A DNA stretch of 57,405 nt, from the NCBI GenBank assembly GCA_045106895.1, contig JBGCFM010000105.1, positions 1 through 57,405 on the forward strand. The letters are read 5' to 3'. The position numbers and the translations under genes are program-made. The notes beneath the pieces were generated by a model, which did not search any database, was not told the origin of the DNA, and saw only the letters and a list, made by a program, of their open reading frames with translations. Below are positions 17,802 through 27,641 of the stretch, one piece after another; position 1 is the first letter of the stretch, and each line of letters opens with the position of its first letter. The DNA comes from Polyangiales bacterium. GTDB taxonomy: Bacteria; Myxococcota_A; Polyangia; Polyangiales; Houyiibacteriaceae.

Positions 17802-20800
17802 CTAAGACTTGGCGCGGGCTCTTTCGTACGCTCGCTCGATGCGCGCCAGACACCCGTCGGCGTCGGCGAGCCAGTCTTTGGCGAGGACCCATTCGACGCC
17901 CCATCCGAAGGCCTCCAAAACCCCGGGACGCGTGTGATAGCGCTCCATCGGTGCGTTCAGCGCGTAGTGTCCAGCCGTGTCGACGAGGATGCCTAGAACG
18001 AGGTTGTCATCACCGGGTCGGCAGACGCCGATGTCCACGCGGAACTCGGAGGCGCCAATGTTGCGGGTGACGGTGAAGCCCTTGGACTTGAGGCGCGCGC
18101 AGAGCGCGTCGACGACGGGATCGGCGGAGCTGGAGTCGTCGTCGTCGTTTGTGCGAGCCAGGGCGCGGGTGACCGTGGCGGCCATCTCGACGTCGCCGAT
18201 GGACACCGCTTCGGAGTACTGCAGGTAGCGCCGGAAGCAGCGTGCGCCTTCGTTGTACTCGTTGGTGATGGCCGAGTACGAGATGGACGAGACGACGACC
18301 ATGTGCTGTTTGGCACGGGTAAAGACCACGTTCAGACGCTTCTCTCCGCCGCCCTTGTTGATGGGGCCGAAGTTCATTCGCATCTTTCCGTTCGCCGCCG
18401 GGGCGTAACAGATGGAGAGGATGATGATGTCTCGCTCGTCGCCCTGGACGTTCTCGAGGTTCTTGACGAAGAGGCCGACGAGCTGTCCGTCGGCGCTCCG
18501 CTCGTATTCCGATTCAAGGGCGGTGGCGAACTTGGGGTCGCCGGAGGCGAGCGCGCTCAGGGCGCTCTCGATCTCTCCTTGTTGCGCCTCGGAGAAGGCG
18601 ACGATGCCGATGCTCTGGCCACCGTCGGCGTTGAGGAGGCCGCGGACGAGGCGTGCGATGTAGCCGGCTTCGGCGGCGTTCCTGCGGGCGGCGTAGACGC
18701 CGCATTCGAGCCGGTGGTAGCTCACCGGGCGGTCCGTGATGCGCGCGGCGTTGGCGTCGCCTTCGTCGACACTCTCCACAACGATGGGCTCGCGTCGTTT
18801 CTCCAGTGCGCGGTCGGGGACGGTGAGCAGCGCACCGTCATAGAACGCAAAGTTGGAGAAACGGATCAGCGCCTCCGAGCGACTGCGGTAGTGCCATCCG
18901 AGCATCGTCGAGGGCAGCTTCCGCGCTGCGTGGGAGAGAAAACTGTCGGCGTCGAGGTCGTAGTGCGACTCGCCCACGCCGTCCTCGTCCTCGCCTTTGT
19001 CTCTTTTCGAAGACGCGAAGAACTTCGAGGGCGGAAGCTGCATCTCGTCGCCGACGACGATCATCTGAGGAGCCCGGTAGAGCGCAGGGACAGCCTCTTC
19101 CAATGGGATCTGACTGGCCTCGTCGAAGATCACCACGTCGAAGCGCTCTTCATTCAAGGGGATGGTGTCCGAGATGGAGAGGGGGCTCATCAGCCAGATA
19201 GGTTTGAGGTCGTAGAGCACCGTGCCGGAGTCGCCGCTGGAGAGCTCTCGAATGGAGCGATGCCGCATGACCTTCTTGAACTCTCGCTCGAGGACCCGTC
19301 GCCCGGCGTTGTACGACTTCTTCAGCACCTTTTCGTCGGCGTTAAGCCCCGCTGCCGGCGTCACACATAGGCGCGCACGCTCAAGGAAACGTGCGCGGAC
19401 TTGCTCGCGCACCGCCGCGGCGTTTGCGTCGAGCCACGCCTCGTAGTTCTCCTTGAGTTCGTCACGTCTTCGTTCAAGGGCGCTGTGGTCGAAGCGCGCG
19501 AGAGGCCGGCTGGCCCGGTAGGTTCGGTCGAGGGCGGTCTCGGCGACGGCGGCCTCGAACTGGCTCGCCGTGAGGGAGATCCGACGAAGTGCTTCGCGAA
19601 TGTCCGCGCTTGCGAGCGAGAGGCCGCGGAGCGGGCTCCGTAGCTCTGGAAGGAGGTCCATGCTGGAGCGCATAGACTCGATGTGCTGCGAGAGGGACTC
19701 GAGCGGAAGGTCATGGGACTCGTCGAAGACTTTGGGGACCAAGGTGGAGAGCGCGTTGATCTGTGACTCCGCTTTGGCCAGAGCCCGCACGACGGATCCG
19801 TCGCCTGTGCTCCATTCGCCCACGAGTTCTTCCTGGAATGGAGTCCGCGCGTCCGAACGGCGCAGCTCGGCGAGGGTCGAGGCGAACTCGGGCACGCCGC
19901 CGGAAATGTCGAAGTCTCGTGCAATCTTTGCGTCCTGCTCCTCGACTGCGTTCCGCGTTTTGTATTCTTCGTCGAGCTCCGAGAGCACCGCGACCCAACC
20001 GGGTTTGATGGCGTGCTTCGCGAAGTCGTAGCGCTTGTTGAGGAGGGAGCGAAGGGTCCACCAAGCAGGCCAGAAGAAGCGGAACAGAATGAAGAGCGCT
20101 TCGGAACGGCGAGCCAGGGCGATGGCAGGCGTCAGGTCCGATGGCGCTAGTTTCTCTTTCCAGGCGCCGGTCTTGTCTTGGGCCAGAGCAAGGGCGCGCT
20201 CGGCAGCCTCGCGCTCGGAGACGGCGCCTGCAAAACGGACCGACTGCGTCGAAGAAGGGTCCAGGAGGGAGAACTGCGAGGGTTTGAACTCTCGCAGTTG
20301 CCGAGCGAGAGCCAGCGCTTCTTGAAGCTGAGTGGCGGTGGCTCCGGCGCGAACGTGCTCGCGTGCGCGGTCCACGGCGTCGAGCTGCTCTTCGATGGCG
20401 TCGAGGCCCTCGCGGAGCTGTCCGAGGGGGCGCTCTGAGTCGAGAATGCCAGAGCCGAGCCAGAGCAACGGAAGCTCGCTCAACACGCGGGACGCGCCGC
20501 TCTCAACGAGAGCGTCATCGAGGGCACGGAGCTTAGCCTTCGCCGCGGAGCAGGCGCGGTGGCTCGGCAAGAGCTCGCGCTCTTCGGCGTTCAGCTCCGG
20601 CGCTTCGCCGCAGGCAAGGTTCTCGCGAATGAGGGCGGCGGTGGATACCTCGGAACCGTCCGCGGGCGCGTTCATGGACTCGGAGAAGCGCGCGAGGGCT
20701 TCGAGCGGCGCACGGAGCTTCGCGCTCAGTTCGGCCCGCCGCTCGTGAGGGGTCTCCTTGGGAGTCTTTGCACCGCTTTGTCCGACCGGCCCGTCTTGTC

Positions 20801-23003
20801 CGACCTGTCCCACGTTTGCGAGCCAACGTTCGTAGGTCGCGCCGAGTTCTATGAGGAAAGGCTTCTTGTCCGATTGGGAGTCGTGGATGAGCACGGACAG
20901 CTCGTCCAAGCCGCGCTGCGAGAGGCGGTGATACACAACGTCGAGGGCCGCTCGCTTCTCACACACGAAGAGCACGCGCTTTCCTTGGCCGGCGAAGTCC
21001 GCGATGAGGTTCGTGATCGTCTGGGACTTGCCGGTGCCCGGCGGCCCCTGGATGATTGCGTTCTTTCCTTGGCGCGCCCAGTGCAGCGCGGCGGTTTGTG
21101 TCGGGTCCGCGGGCACGACGACGAAGGGTTCCAGGGGGTCGAGGTCCGAGTCTTCGACGGCGGAGAGTTCACGGGCGTCGAGGGAGAAGAGGGTGTCGAA
21201 GGCCGGGTGCTCGTGGCCATCGTCCTCGAGGAGAATCTCGTCGAAGTCGCGAACGAGCGTCATCTTGCGATAGTTGAAGTTGCCGAGCGTCTGGTGCGTC
21301 AGGTCGACGGCCCAGTCGTGGCGGCCCGTCGCCGCTTCGGTGAGCTGATAGGCGCTGCGCACGACGTCGTTCGAGTCGGAGGTCTCTTCGTCTGACTCCT
21401 CCGTGACCGGCGGCGGCGGGGCTGCTTTTGCCGACTTGAAGAGCTCCTCGACCTGCAGCAGCTCGGGTTTTACGCGCTGCAAGAAGAGCTGAAGACCGAG
21501 GGGGCGGAAGTTCGAGCGGCTGTACGAGTATGAGACCCCGTGGAGGCGCCGAACGCCGCGCCCACTGACTTTGCTGCGGCGCCGCCAAGACGCCAGGCGC
21601 CGGCGGGCGCGCTGCTGCACGAGGCGAATCTGGGGCTTCGTGAGAAAGTGCAACGTGATGCCTGGTTCACTCCTCGCGATCTCCGCGGCGACGGCCTTGT
21701 GAAAGGTCTCGACGTCGGTCTCGCCGAGGTCGATGCGCTCGGGCAGCTCAAGCTCGTAGAGCTCGTGGAGAAGATGCCGAAGCACGGGGTTGATCTCGGC
21801 TTCGTCGCTGGTGGGCGTGAGCGTGTAGGCGTCGCGCACGCCTCGCTTCTTCTCGAGCTTCACTGGAATGAGCAAAAGCGGCGAGCGGATCCTGTCGTCG
21901 GGCGCATCACGGAGGTTGTGCCAGTTGAGAAACGCGATGACCAAGCGAAGCTGAGAGGCGCCGACCTCGGCTTCGTCGCGGCGGGCCTGTGAACGAATCT
22001 TGTCCAGGGTGCTGCGTGCGTAGGGAGTCTCTTCGAAGCGCAGGTGGCGTTCCAGGCGCACGGACTTCTCCTTGGAGAGCGCGTCCGACGTTGCGCCTTG
22101 CCAGAGGAAGAGGTCCTTGGGCTCGATGTTGTCGGTATTGAGCTGCGTCGGAACGGACGCTTCCGTCAGGTCCAAGGTGCCTTGCGTCGGCTTGTACCAG
22201 ATGAGCCGATTGCGCTTGGAGGTGTCGAAGAGACGTGATTGAAGTTGCTTCTGAATCAGCTTTCGGCGGGAGCTTAGGTCCGCCTGAACAAAGCCCTCGA
22301 GCTTTCGAAAGTCGACGCTCTCATCGACGCGTTCATCGACATCTCGGTAGCGCTCGAGGCGTTCGATGATGCCGCGCAGGTCCTGTGAGCGGTCTCGTCG
22401 GTCGAGCTCCGTCATGCGGACGATGGCCTTGGCGATCACCGGGTGCAGCGCGGAGCTCAGCTTGGTGAGCTGATGACGGTGCGTGACGAACTGCTCCAGC
22501 TCGACGATCTCCGTAAAATCAAGCCCAAGGGCGAGGCTGGCGAGGAGCATGCCGAGGGAGAACACGTCGGTGAGGGCGTCCTGATGCCCGACGAGGTCTT
22601 CCCAGGATATGTAGTCCGGCGCGTAGAGCGCATGGTCCGGGGGAGCCTCGCTGCGTTCGCGCCGAACCAGCTGCGACACGGACTTGTAGCGATGATCCTC
22701 GAGGTCGACGTCGACAGCGGTGCGGTCGACGACATCGACGCCGGCGCGTCGGCTGGGCTCCAGTGCTCGAACGGCTTTCAGATCGATGGACGGCGAGAGC
22801 GCGTCCTTGTCGTGAAACCAAAGCTGGCCTCGGCTTGCGAAGATGTCGTCGATGCCGGTGAAGGGGCACACGCGGCCTTCGTCGTGGTGCTCGAGCGCTT
22901 GCCGGAAAAGGGGCAACACGGCGCGCATGAGCTCGTCGTTTCCTCGGCCTTCGCGGGTGGCGCCTTCACGGAGGAAATCAAGAAAGGGTGTGGCGTCGTT
23001 CAT
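17802..23003 (-). CDS. Pseudokinase C-lobe + DUF4011 + SF1 (DNA2/NAM7-like) helicase + Vsr/MTES_1575-like nuclease
   Basis: Walker A QGPPGTGKSQT; FDEASQ; VGDEMQLPP; HYRS; NVQGDERD; RLNVVFTRAK. DUF4011-like LFDTSKRNRL...RSPLLLIPV...EINPVL. C-terminal FRVDIGV...LGILVD...LEAFGW. N-terminal DVFSLG. Confidence 0.9.
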   Translation of the reverse strand: MNDATPFLDFLREGATREGRGNDELMRAVLPLFRQALEHHDEGRVCPFTGIDDIFASRGQLWFHDKDALSPSIDLKAVRALEPSRRAGVDVVDRTAVDVDLEDHRYKSVSQLVRRERSEAPPDHALYAPDYISWEDLVGHQDALTDVFSLGMLLASLALGLDFTEIVELEQFVTHRHQLTKLSSALHPVIAKAIVRMTELDRRDRSQDLRGIIERLERYRDVDERVDESVDFRKLEGFVQADLSSRRKLIQKQLQSRLFDTSKRNRLIWYKPTQGTLDLTEASVPTQLNTDNIEPKDLFLWQGATSDALSKEKSVRLERHLRFEETPYARSTLDKIRSQARRDEAEVGASQLRLVIAFLNWHNLRDAPDDRIRSPLLLIPVKLEKKRGVRDAYTLTPTSDEAEINPVLRHLLHELYELELPERIDLGETDVETFHKAVAAEIARSEPGITLHFLTKPQIRLVQQRARRRLASWRRRSKVSGRGVRRLHGVSYSYSRSNFRPLGLQLFLQRVKPELLQVEELFKSAKAAPPPPVTEESDEETSDSNDVVRSAYQLTEAATGRHDWAVDLTHQTLGNFNYRKMTLVRDFDEILLEDDGHEHPAFDTLFSLDARELSAVEDSDLDPLEPFVVVPADPTQTAALHWARQGKNAIIQGPPGTGKSQTITNLIADFAGQGKRVLFVCEKRAALDVVYHRLSQRGLDELSVLIHDSQSDKKPFLIELGATYERWLANVGQVGQDGPVGQSGAKTPKETPHERRAELSAKLRAPLEALARFSESMNAPADGSEVSTAALIRENLACGEAPELNAEERELLPSHRACSAAKAKLRALDDALVESGASRVLSELPLLWLGSGILDSERPLGQLREGLDAIEEQLDAVDRAREHVRAGATATQLQEALALARQLREFKPSQFSLLDPSSTQSVRFAGAVSEREAAERALALAQDKTGAWKEKLAPSDLTPAIALARRSEALFILFRFFWPAWWTLRSLLNKRYDFAKHAIKPGWVAVLSELDEEYKTRNAVEEQDAKIARDFDISGGVPEFASTLAELRRSDARTPFQEELVGEWSTGDGSVVRALAKAESQINALSTLVPKVFDESHDLPLESLSQHIESMRSSMDLLPELRSPLRGLSLASADIREALRRISLTASQFEAAVAETALDRTYRASRPLARFDHSALERRRDELKENYEAWLDANAAAVREQVRARFLERARLCVTPAAGLNADEKVLKKSYNAGRRVLEREFKKVMRHRSIRELSSGDSGTVLYDLKPIWLMSPLSISDTIPLNEERFDVVIFDEASQIPLEEAVPALYRAPQMIVVGDEMQLPPSKFFASSKRDKGEDEDGVGESHYDLDADSFLSHAARKLPSTMLGWHYRSRSEALIRFSNFAFYDGALLTVPDRALEKRREPIVVESVDEGDANAARITDRPVSYHRLECGVYAARRNAAEAGYIARLVRGLLNADGGQSIGIVAFSEAQQGEIESALSALASGDPKFATALESEYERSADGQLVGLFVKNLENVQGDERDIIILSICYAPAANGKMRMNFGPINKGGGEKRLNVVFTRAKQHMVVVSSISYSAITNEYNEGARCFRRYLQYSEAVSIGDVEMAATVTRALARTNDDDDSSSADPVVDALCARLKSKGFTVTRNIGASEFRVDIGVCRPGDDNLVLGILVDTAGHYALNAPMERYHTRPGVLEAFGWGVEWVLAKDWLADADGCLARIERAYERARAKS

Positions 23004-24193
23004 GGCGCGCTCTCGTTTGTGAGCGCCGCCGTCAGAAGCGTTTCGCGTTGCGCGCGCACCGACGCGATGGCCTTCTTCGTCATCTTCAGCTCACGGTTGA
23101 CGTGCTTTTCAAGTCGATCGAGAAGGCCCACGGATTCCGCGAGGGTCTGCGCCTGGGCGAGGGGAAGGTCGGCGAGGTCTGTGTCCACGACGATGAAGTC
23201 CAGGAGGAGAAACGCGAGATAGTCCAGGCTCGTCGGACCGTATCGACGGAGCTCGGTCTCGAGGGTGGCCACGTCGTGCTGAGGAGCCCGATGGCTGTAG
23301 TCTTCGAAGAGCAAACCCGCGTGCGCCAGCACCGCGGTGGTTCGAAACCAGTCCGGTGCCAAGAGGTGGTCGACGAAGGAGCGCGAGAGTGCGCTCAACT
23401 CCACGCGACCCACAAGGTCGAGGTCGTGGAGCTCCAAAGCCCCGGTGAGAAGTTCTTGAACTTCTTCTTCGCTCCCCTCCGCGCGGTCGGCAAAGAGCGT
23501 GATGGCTTTTGCCCGTAGATATGTCTCTGGGTGCTCGAAGGCCTCCGAGCCCTTCGTCTGGGCGATGACCTTCTCCGCTTGCCGAAGAAACGCCTGAGCG
23601 TCCACTTCCGAGAGCTGTGTTCGTGTTTTGATCAAACACCGGATCAGCGCGTCGGTGCTACCGGAGGCGAGGTAGCCTCCTCGATCGGCGAAGGTCTCGG
23701 TGGTGAGGCGGTACATTCGTTCCGTCGCGGCGATGGACTCAGAGGCGCCGGCCCAGCTAAGGCCGTTCAGGGTCCGCATGGTCGTAAAAAACTCACCTTC
23801 ATCCGTTGTCCACAAGACGTGGTGGGCGAGCTCGTGGCCGAGGAGAGCTAAGAGCTCATCCTCCTGAAGGCGCTCTTGGAGCGGCCCGTAGAGAACGATT
23901 CGCGCGCGGTCCGGCGCGAAGTACAAGGCCGCGTTCAGGCCGCCTTGCGCGTCCCCCTGAAAAAGCTCCACGTCGACCTTCACCCCAACTTTCTGCGCGG
24001 CGTCGCGCGCCAGCTCGTATACACGTGCGTGGGTCTCTTCGTCGAGGAGGACGGTGGACTTCGCGAGCTCAAGGTCCGCTTCCCTGGCGTGCTCTTCGCG
24101 CCATTCATCCGAACGGAAGTGCGACCACGCCGCGGCCACGTGCTCCTTCAAATGGCCTCGGATGGCGTCGTGGTACGGGAGCGGCGTCAGCAT
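23000..24193 (-). CDS. M48-like zinc metalloprotease, soluble
   Basis: LNAA, LGHELAHH (HExxH), ETFADR, HP..YLR motifs; stop overlaps the helicase ATG (ATGA). Confidence 0.85.
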   Translation of the reverse strand: MLTPLPYHDAIRGHLKEHVAAAWSHFRSDEWREEHAREADLELAKSTVLLDEETHARVYELARDAAQKVGVKVDVELFQGDAQGGLNAALYFAPDRARIVLYGPLQERLQEDELLALLGHELAHHVLWTTDEGEFFTTMRTLNGLSWAGASESIAATERMYRLTTETFADRGGYLASGSTDALIRCLIKTRTQLSEVDAQAFLRQAEKVIAQTKGSEAFEHPETYLRAKAITLFADRAEGSEEEVQELLTGALELHDLDLVGRVELSALSRSFVDHLLAPDWFRTTAVLAHAGLLFEDYSHRAPQHDVATLETELRRYGPTSLDYLAFLLLDFIVVDTDLADLPLAQAQTLAESVGLLDRLEKHVNRELKMTKKAIASVRAQRETLLTAALTNESAP

Positions 24194-24242
24194 AGAGGCG
24201 GACGATACACCCGGGAGGTTTCGAGATCGAACCCGGCGGCTC

Positions 24243-25151
24243 TCAAGGCTCCTTCGAACGTAAGTACGTCGCCTCGAGGCTCTCGCCGAGGCTGATTTCG
24301 AGGATTCGCAGGCCGCCCTCGATGAGTGCGGGGATCAAGCGGGCCTGAACCTCCGCCACGTCTTCGTCGGGATGCAGGACATAGTGAAGCTCGTCGCCGA
24401 CGACGCGCGCTTCGCGGCCCCGGAGGAGCGAGGCGTGGGAGTCCAGGGGCGTTGGCGCGGCGAGACGAATACGCACGAGCCCCGCGTGTTTGGTCAGCTC
24501 CTTGAGCGGCCCGCTCCGGACACAACGTCCGGCCTCGAGGAAGGCGACGTGGTCGCATGTCGATTCGATGTCCGCGAGGATGTGAGTGCTGACGATGAGC
24601 GTGCGTTTCCTGGCTTGGCTCTTGAGAAGCTCGCGCATGTCGACGACGAGCGCGGGATCGAGGCCGCCGGTGGGTTCGTCGAGGAGGACAAGCTCCGGCG
24701 CGCCGAGAAAGGCCTGGGCGACGGCGAGGCGTCGCCGCATGCCGTGGCTGAGTTGGCCGACACGTGCGTCGGCGCGCTCGCGAAGCTTGACGAGGTCCAG
24801 GACACGTTCGGCATCTTTGCGTGCTTCTTTGGCGCTCATGCCTTGAAGTCGCGCGAAGAACGTGAGGAGCTGAGAGGCGCTGGAGTGCGCGTTGAGAGCG
24901 CAGTCCTGGGGGAGCACGGAGACTCGTCCGGCGTGCTTCGAGGCGTCGAAGCCGCCGCCTCCGAGGATGTCGACACTCCCTGCGTCGGCGCGGAGCGCTC
25001 CGCTGACGATTCCGAACGTCGTGGTTTTCCCAGCCCCGTTTGGGCCGACAAGTCCAAACACGCTGCCCCTTGGGACCTCGAGGTCGAGGCCGTCGAGGCC
25101 CCGTTCTTTGCCGTAGCGTTTGACGACACCGCGAAGCAGGAGGGCGCTCAT
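24243..25151 (-). CDS. ABC transporter ATP-binding protein
   Basis: GPNGAGKTT, LSHGM, LLDEPTGGLD, STH. Confidence 0.93.
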   Translation of the reverse strand: MSALLLRGVVKRYGKERGLDGLDLEVPRGSVFGLVGPNGAGKTTTFGIVSGALRADAGSVDILGGGGFDASKHAGRVSVLPQDCALNAHSSASQLLTFFARLQGMSAKEARKDAERVLDLVKLRERADARVGQLSHGMRRRLAVAQAFLGAPELVLLDEPTGGLDPALVVDMRELLKSQARKRTLIVSTHILADIESTCDHVAFLEAGRCVRSGPLKELTKHAGLVRIRLAAPTPLDSHASLLRGREARVVGDELHYVLHPDEDVAEVQARLIPALIEGGLRILEISLGESLEATYLRSKEP

Positions 25152-26053
25152 GCGTCCCTCCGGGAGAAGCGGATGTGACCGAGGAAAAAGTAGGAGAGTC
25201 CCAACGCGAAGAGCATGGCCATGGCGGGGCCCGAGTCTGCGAACTCTGGACGCCACAGGTCGAGGCGATGAGCGCTGGGGAAGAGTTGCAACAAGGAGTC
25301 CGCGAGGACCGGCGCACGCTCTCGGACGTCGTCGCGTCCGAGGACTCCAGCCGCCGTGTAAACGCCTGCCAGGGCGAGCACCGCCAGGGCGCGTGACCAC
25401 GGCACCGACCGCGTCAGCTGCGAGGTGCCGAGAGCCAAGCCGAGAAACGCAAAGCCGTACACGAAGGCGCCGAGGGCGTAGCGCAGCATCCAGAGCGCGG
25501 TCTCGAAGAGCGGAAAGCTTGAGAGCTGGATGAAGCCTGTCACGTAGGACGCGAGGGCGCCGGCGAGGATGCCCGTGAGGAGAAGAAGGGCCTGGCCGAG
25601 GAACTTGCCTAGCGCCCAGGAACTTCGCTCCGTGCGTGCGAGAGCAAAGCGCGCGGAGCCCCCGGCGAGCTCGCCGCTGATGGCGTCGCTCGCGGTGAGG
25701 ATCACAAAGATCGGTCCGAAGGTGAGGGCCACCCAGCCGTAGAGGAGCGCGAGGGGAGGCATGCTGAGCAGGGATAGGGCGAGGTCCGGATCGCGGACGA
25801 GGCGTGTCAGGACTCGCCGCAGCTCGCTATTGCGCATGAGCGCCTCGGTGAGGGTGCCAGGGCGGTCCGTTTGGGCGACGAGGAGCTGTTCGGCGAGCTC
25901 TGACTCGATGGTCTGGAGGAGCTCCGTGAAGAGGATCGAAGCGGCGATGGCGCCGAGGACATAAAGCGAGAAGATGACGAGGACTTTGCGCGAGCGCAGC
26001 GACTCTCCAAGGTCGAAGCGAGCAACGACCCAAGCGTCGCGGAGCATCTTCAT
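25148..26053 (-). CDS. ABC-2 type permease
   Basis: Multi-TM; DAISGELAGGSARFALAR..RSSWALGKF; ATGA-coupled to the ATPase. Confidence 0.88.
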   Translation of the reverse strand: MKMLRDAWVVARFDLGESLRSRKVLVIFSLYVLGAIAASILFTELLQTIESELAEQLLVAQTDRPGTLTEALMRNSELRRVLTRLVRDPDLALSLLSMPPLALLYGWVALTFGPIFVILTASDAISGELAGGSARFALARTERSSWALGKFLGQALLLLTGILAGALASYVTGFIQLSSFPLFETALWMLRYALGAFVYGFAFLGLALGTSQLTRSVPWSRALAVLALAGVYTAAGVLGRDDVRERAPVLADSLLQLFPSAHRLDLWRPEFADSGPAMAMLFALGLSYFFLGHIRFSRRDA

Positions 26054-26802
26054 CGGCCGCCGGGATCTCCGCCGGCGCGTTCCATGGCGGAGTGCGCCGC
26101 GGGTTCGAGGAGCTCCAGGTCGACGTGGTTCCAGATCTCGAGGGCGCTCGCGTCGACTTCGCCGGCGCGCTCCGCGCCAAGGATAGCTTCGAGTTCGAGC
26201 TGCGCGCTTTGTAGGATTCCGGTGACGTCGTGGGTGATGCCGAGGAGCTCTCGGGGCGGCGGCCGCTCTCCTCCTTCGGCGAAGAGAATCAGCTCTTCGC
26301 CGTAGCCGACGAGGGCGTCGTTCATCGTCTGAAGCGCAGCATCGAGGCTCGCTACTTCGGCGTCGTCGAGGTCCCCCTGCTCGACGAGGGCGGCGCGGGA
26401 TTGCAGCATACGAACCCGCTGAACCGAGGCGGCGCGCTGGAACGCCGCGTAGGGAGTCTCGTCTCCTTCATCGCGATCGGACCCGGCGGCGATGACGCCG
26501 GCGTCGCCAAGGGAGCTTCGTCGAGCCGCGACGGGTCCGCGTTCGTCTTCACGTCCGTCTCGCGTGTCTTGGGTTGCCTGCGCATCGCGCGGGTCCCTCG
26601 GGGGTGGCCGCAAAATGCGCTCGAATCCAGGAAGAGGCGAACGTAGGCCTCGGCTTGGAGCCTCCTCGAGTGCTTCCTCGAGCATCACGACCTCTTGCTG
26701 GCTCGCGACGAGTTCGCGCCGAGGGCTCACTCCGCCGAGTACGAAGCCGATGAGCAGCCCGAGGGCCAGCGCGGCGAGAGCCGTGAGCGGAGCGCGATTC
26801 AC
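26050..26802 (-). CDS. Hypothetical membrane-anchored helical protein of the ABC operon
   Basis: N-terminal TM; 4-nt overlap with the permease. Confidence 0.7.
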   Translation of the reverse strand: MNRAPLTALAALALGLLIGFVLGGVSPRRELVASQQEVVMLEEALEEAPSRGLRSPLPGFERILRPPPRDPRDAQATQDTRDGREDERGPVAARRSSLGDAGVIAAGSDRDEGDETPYAAFQRAASVQRVRMLQSRAALVEQGDLDDAEVASLDAALQTMNDALVGYGEELILFAEGGERPPPRELLGITHDVTGILQSAQLELEAILGAERAGEVDASALEIWNHVDLELLEPAAHSAMERAGGDPGGR

Positions 26803-26848
26803 GACCTGGTTCTAGCGCTCATCTCATCGCGGCGCACGGCGTGTGAAG

Positions 26849-27610
26849 TCACCCGTCGCTGAGCGGCGGCGAGAAGCGGTCCATCATCCATCGCGTGAGC
26901 GCCGGAAAGTGGCGAGCGAGGACGTTCATGCGTGGGTAGATCACGCGCGGGTCATTCCTCTCGACGGCGTCCAGCACATGGCGGGCGAGCGTCTCGGGGG
27001 TGCCGACGGGTTGTGCGTCGACGGCACGTGATGCGCCGTAGGAGGCGCGCCCCGAATCAGCCATCGCCGTTTGGATGATGCCCGGGTAGACTGTCACCAC
27101 GCCGACGCCGCGACCGCGCATCTCACCGGAGAGCGCTTCGGAGGCGCCGGCGAGGCCGGCTTTGCTCGCGTTGTAGTAGGTCATGCCAGGTGTGGGCGCG
27201 AGGGCCGCGAGGGAGGTGATGTTCACGATGGACCCCCTTCGTCGATGGAGCATCGTGGGCAGGACCTCGCGGGTCAGCCGCAGCGGCACCTGGAGGTTGA
27301 GGTGAAGCGAGCGCTCCCCCCGCGCCACGTCCACGCGCTCCGTCGGCGCGATGACCTGAACGCCGGCGTTGTTGATGAGGACATCGACGGGGCCTTGTGT
27401 TTCAACGAGCTTTGCGAGCCATCCGTGGCTGTCCTCCACGAGGTCCTTTTCAAGGATATGGGCGCCGGGGATCTCAAGCGCCCGAAGGGCATCGCCGCGC
27501 CGTGCCACGACGCTGAGACGAGCGCCCCTGGCCGCGGCGGCCTGCGCCAGGGCTGCGCCGATGCCGGAGGAAGCGCCGGTGACGAGAACGTGGGCGTTGC
27601 GGAGGTCCAT
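26849..27610 (-). CDS. Short-chain dehydrogenase/reductase
   Basis: TGASSGIG, NNAG, YNASK. Confidence 0.92.
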   Translation of the reverse strand: MDLRNAHVLVTGASSGIGAALAQAAAARGARLSVVARRGDALRALEIPGAHILEKDLVEDSHGWLAKLVETQGPVDVLINNAGVQVIAPTERVDVARGERSLHLNLQVPLRLTREVLPTMLHRRRGSIVNITSLAALAPTPGMTYYNASKAGLAGASEALSGEMRGRGVGVVTVYPGIIQTAMADSGRASYGASRAVDAQPVGTPETLARHVLDAVERNDPRVIYPRMNVLARHFPALTRWMMDRFSPPLSDG

Positions 27611-27641
27611 GGGCTTGTCCGTAGCACACCTGCGCGGAGGC

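Noticed and set aside
24243..27610. ABC transporter and SDR as part of the protease-helicase system
   Set aside because: Co-directional but separated by 50 bp and generic in function; no evidence of linkage without comparative data.
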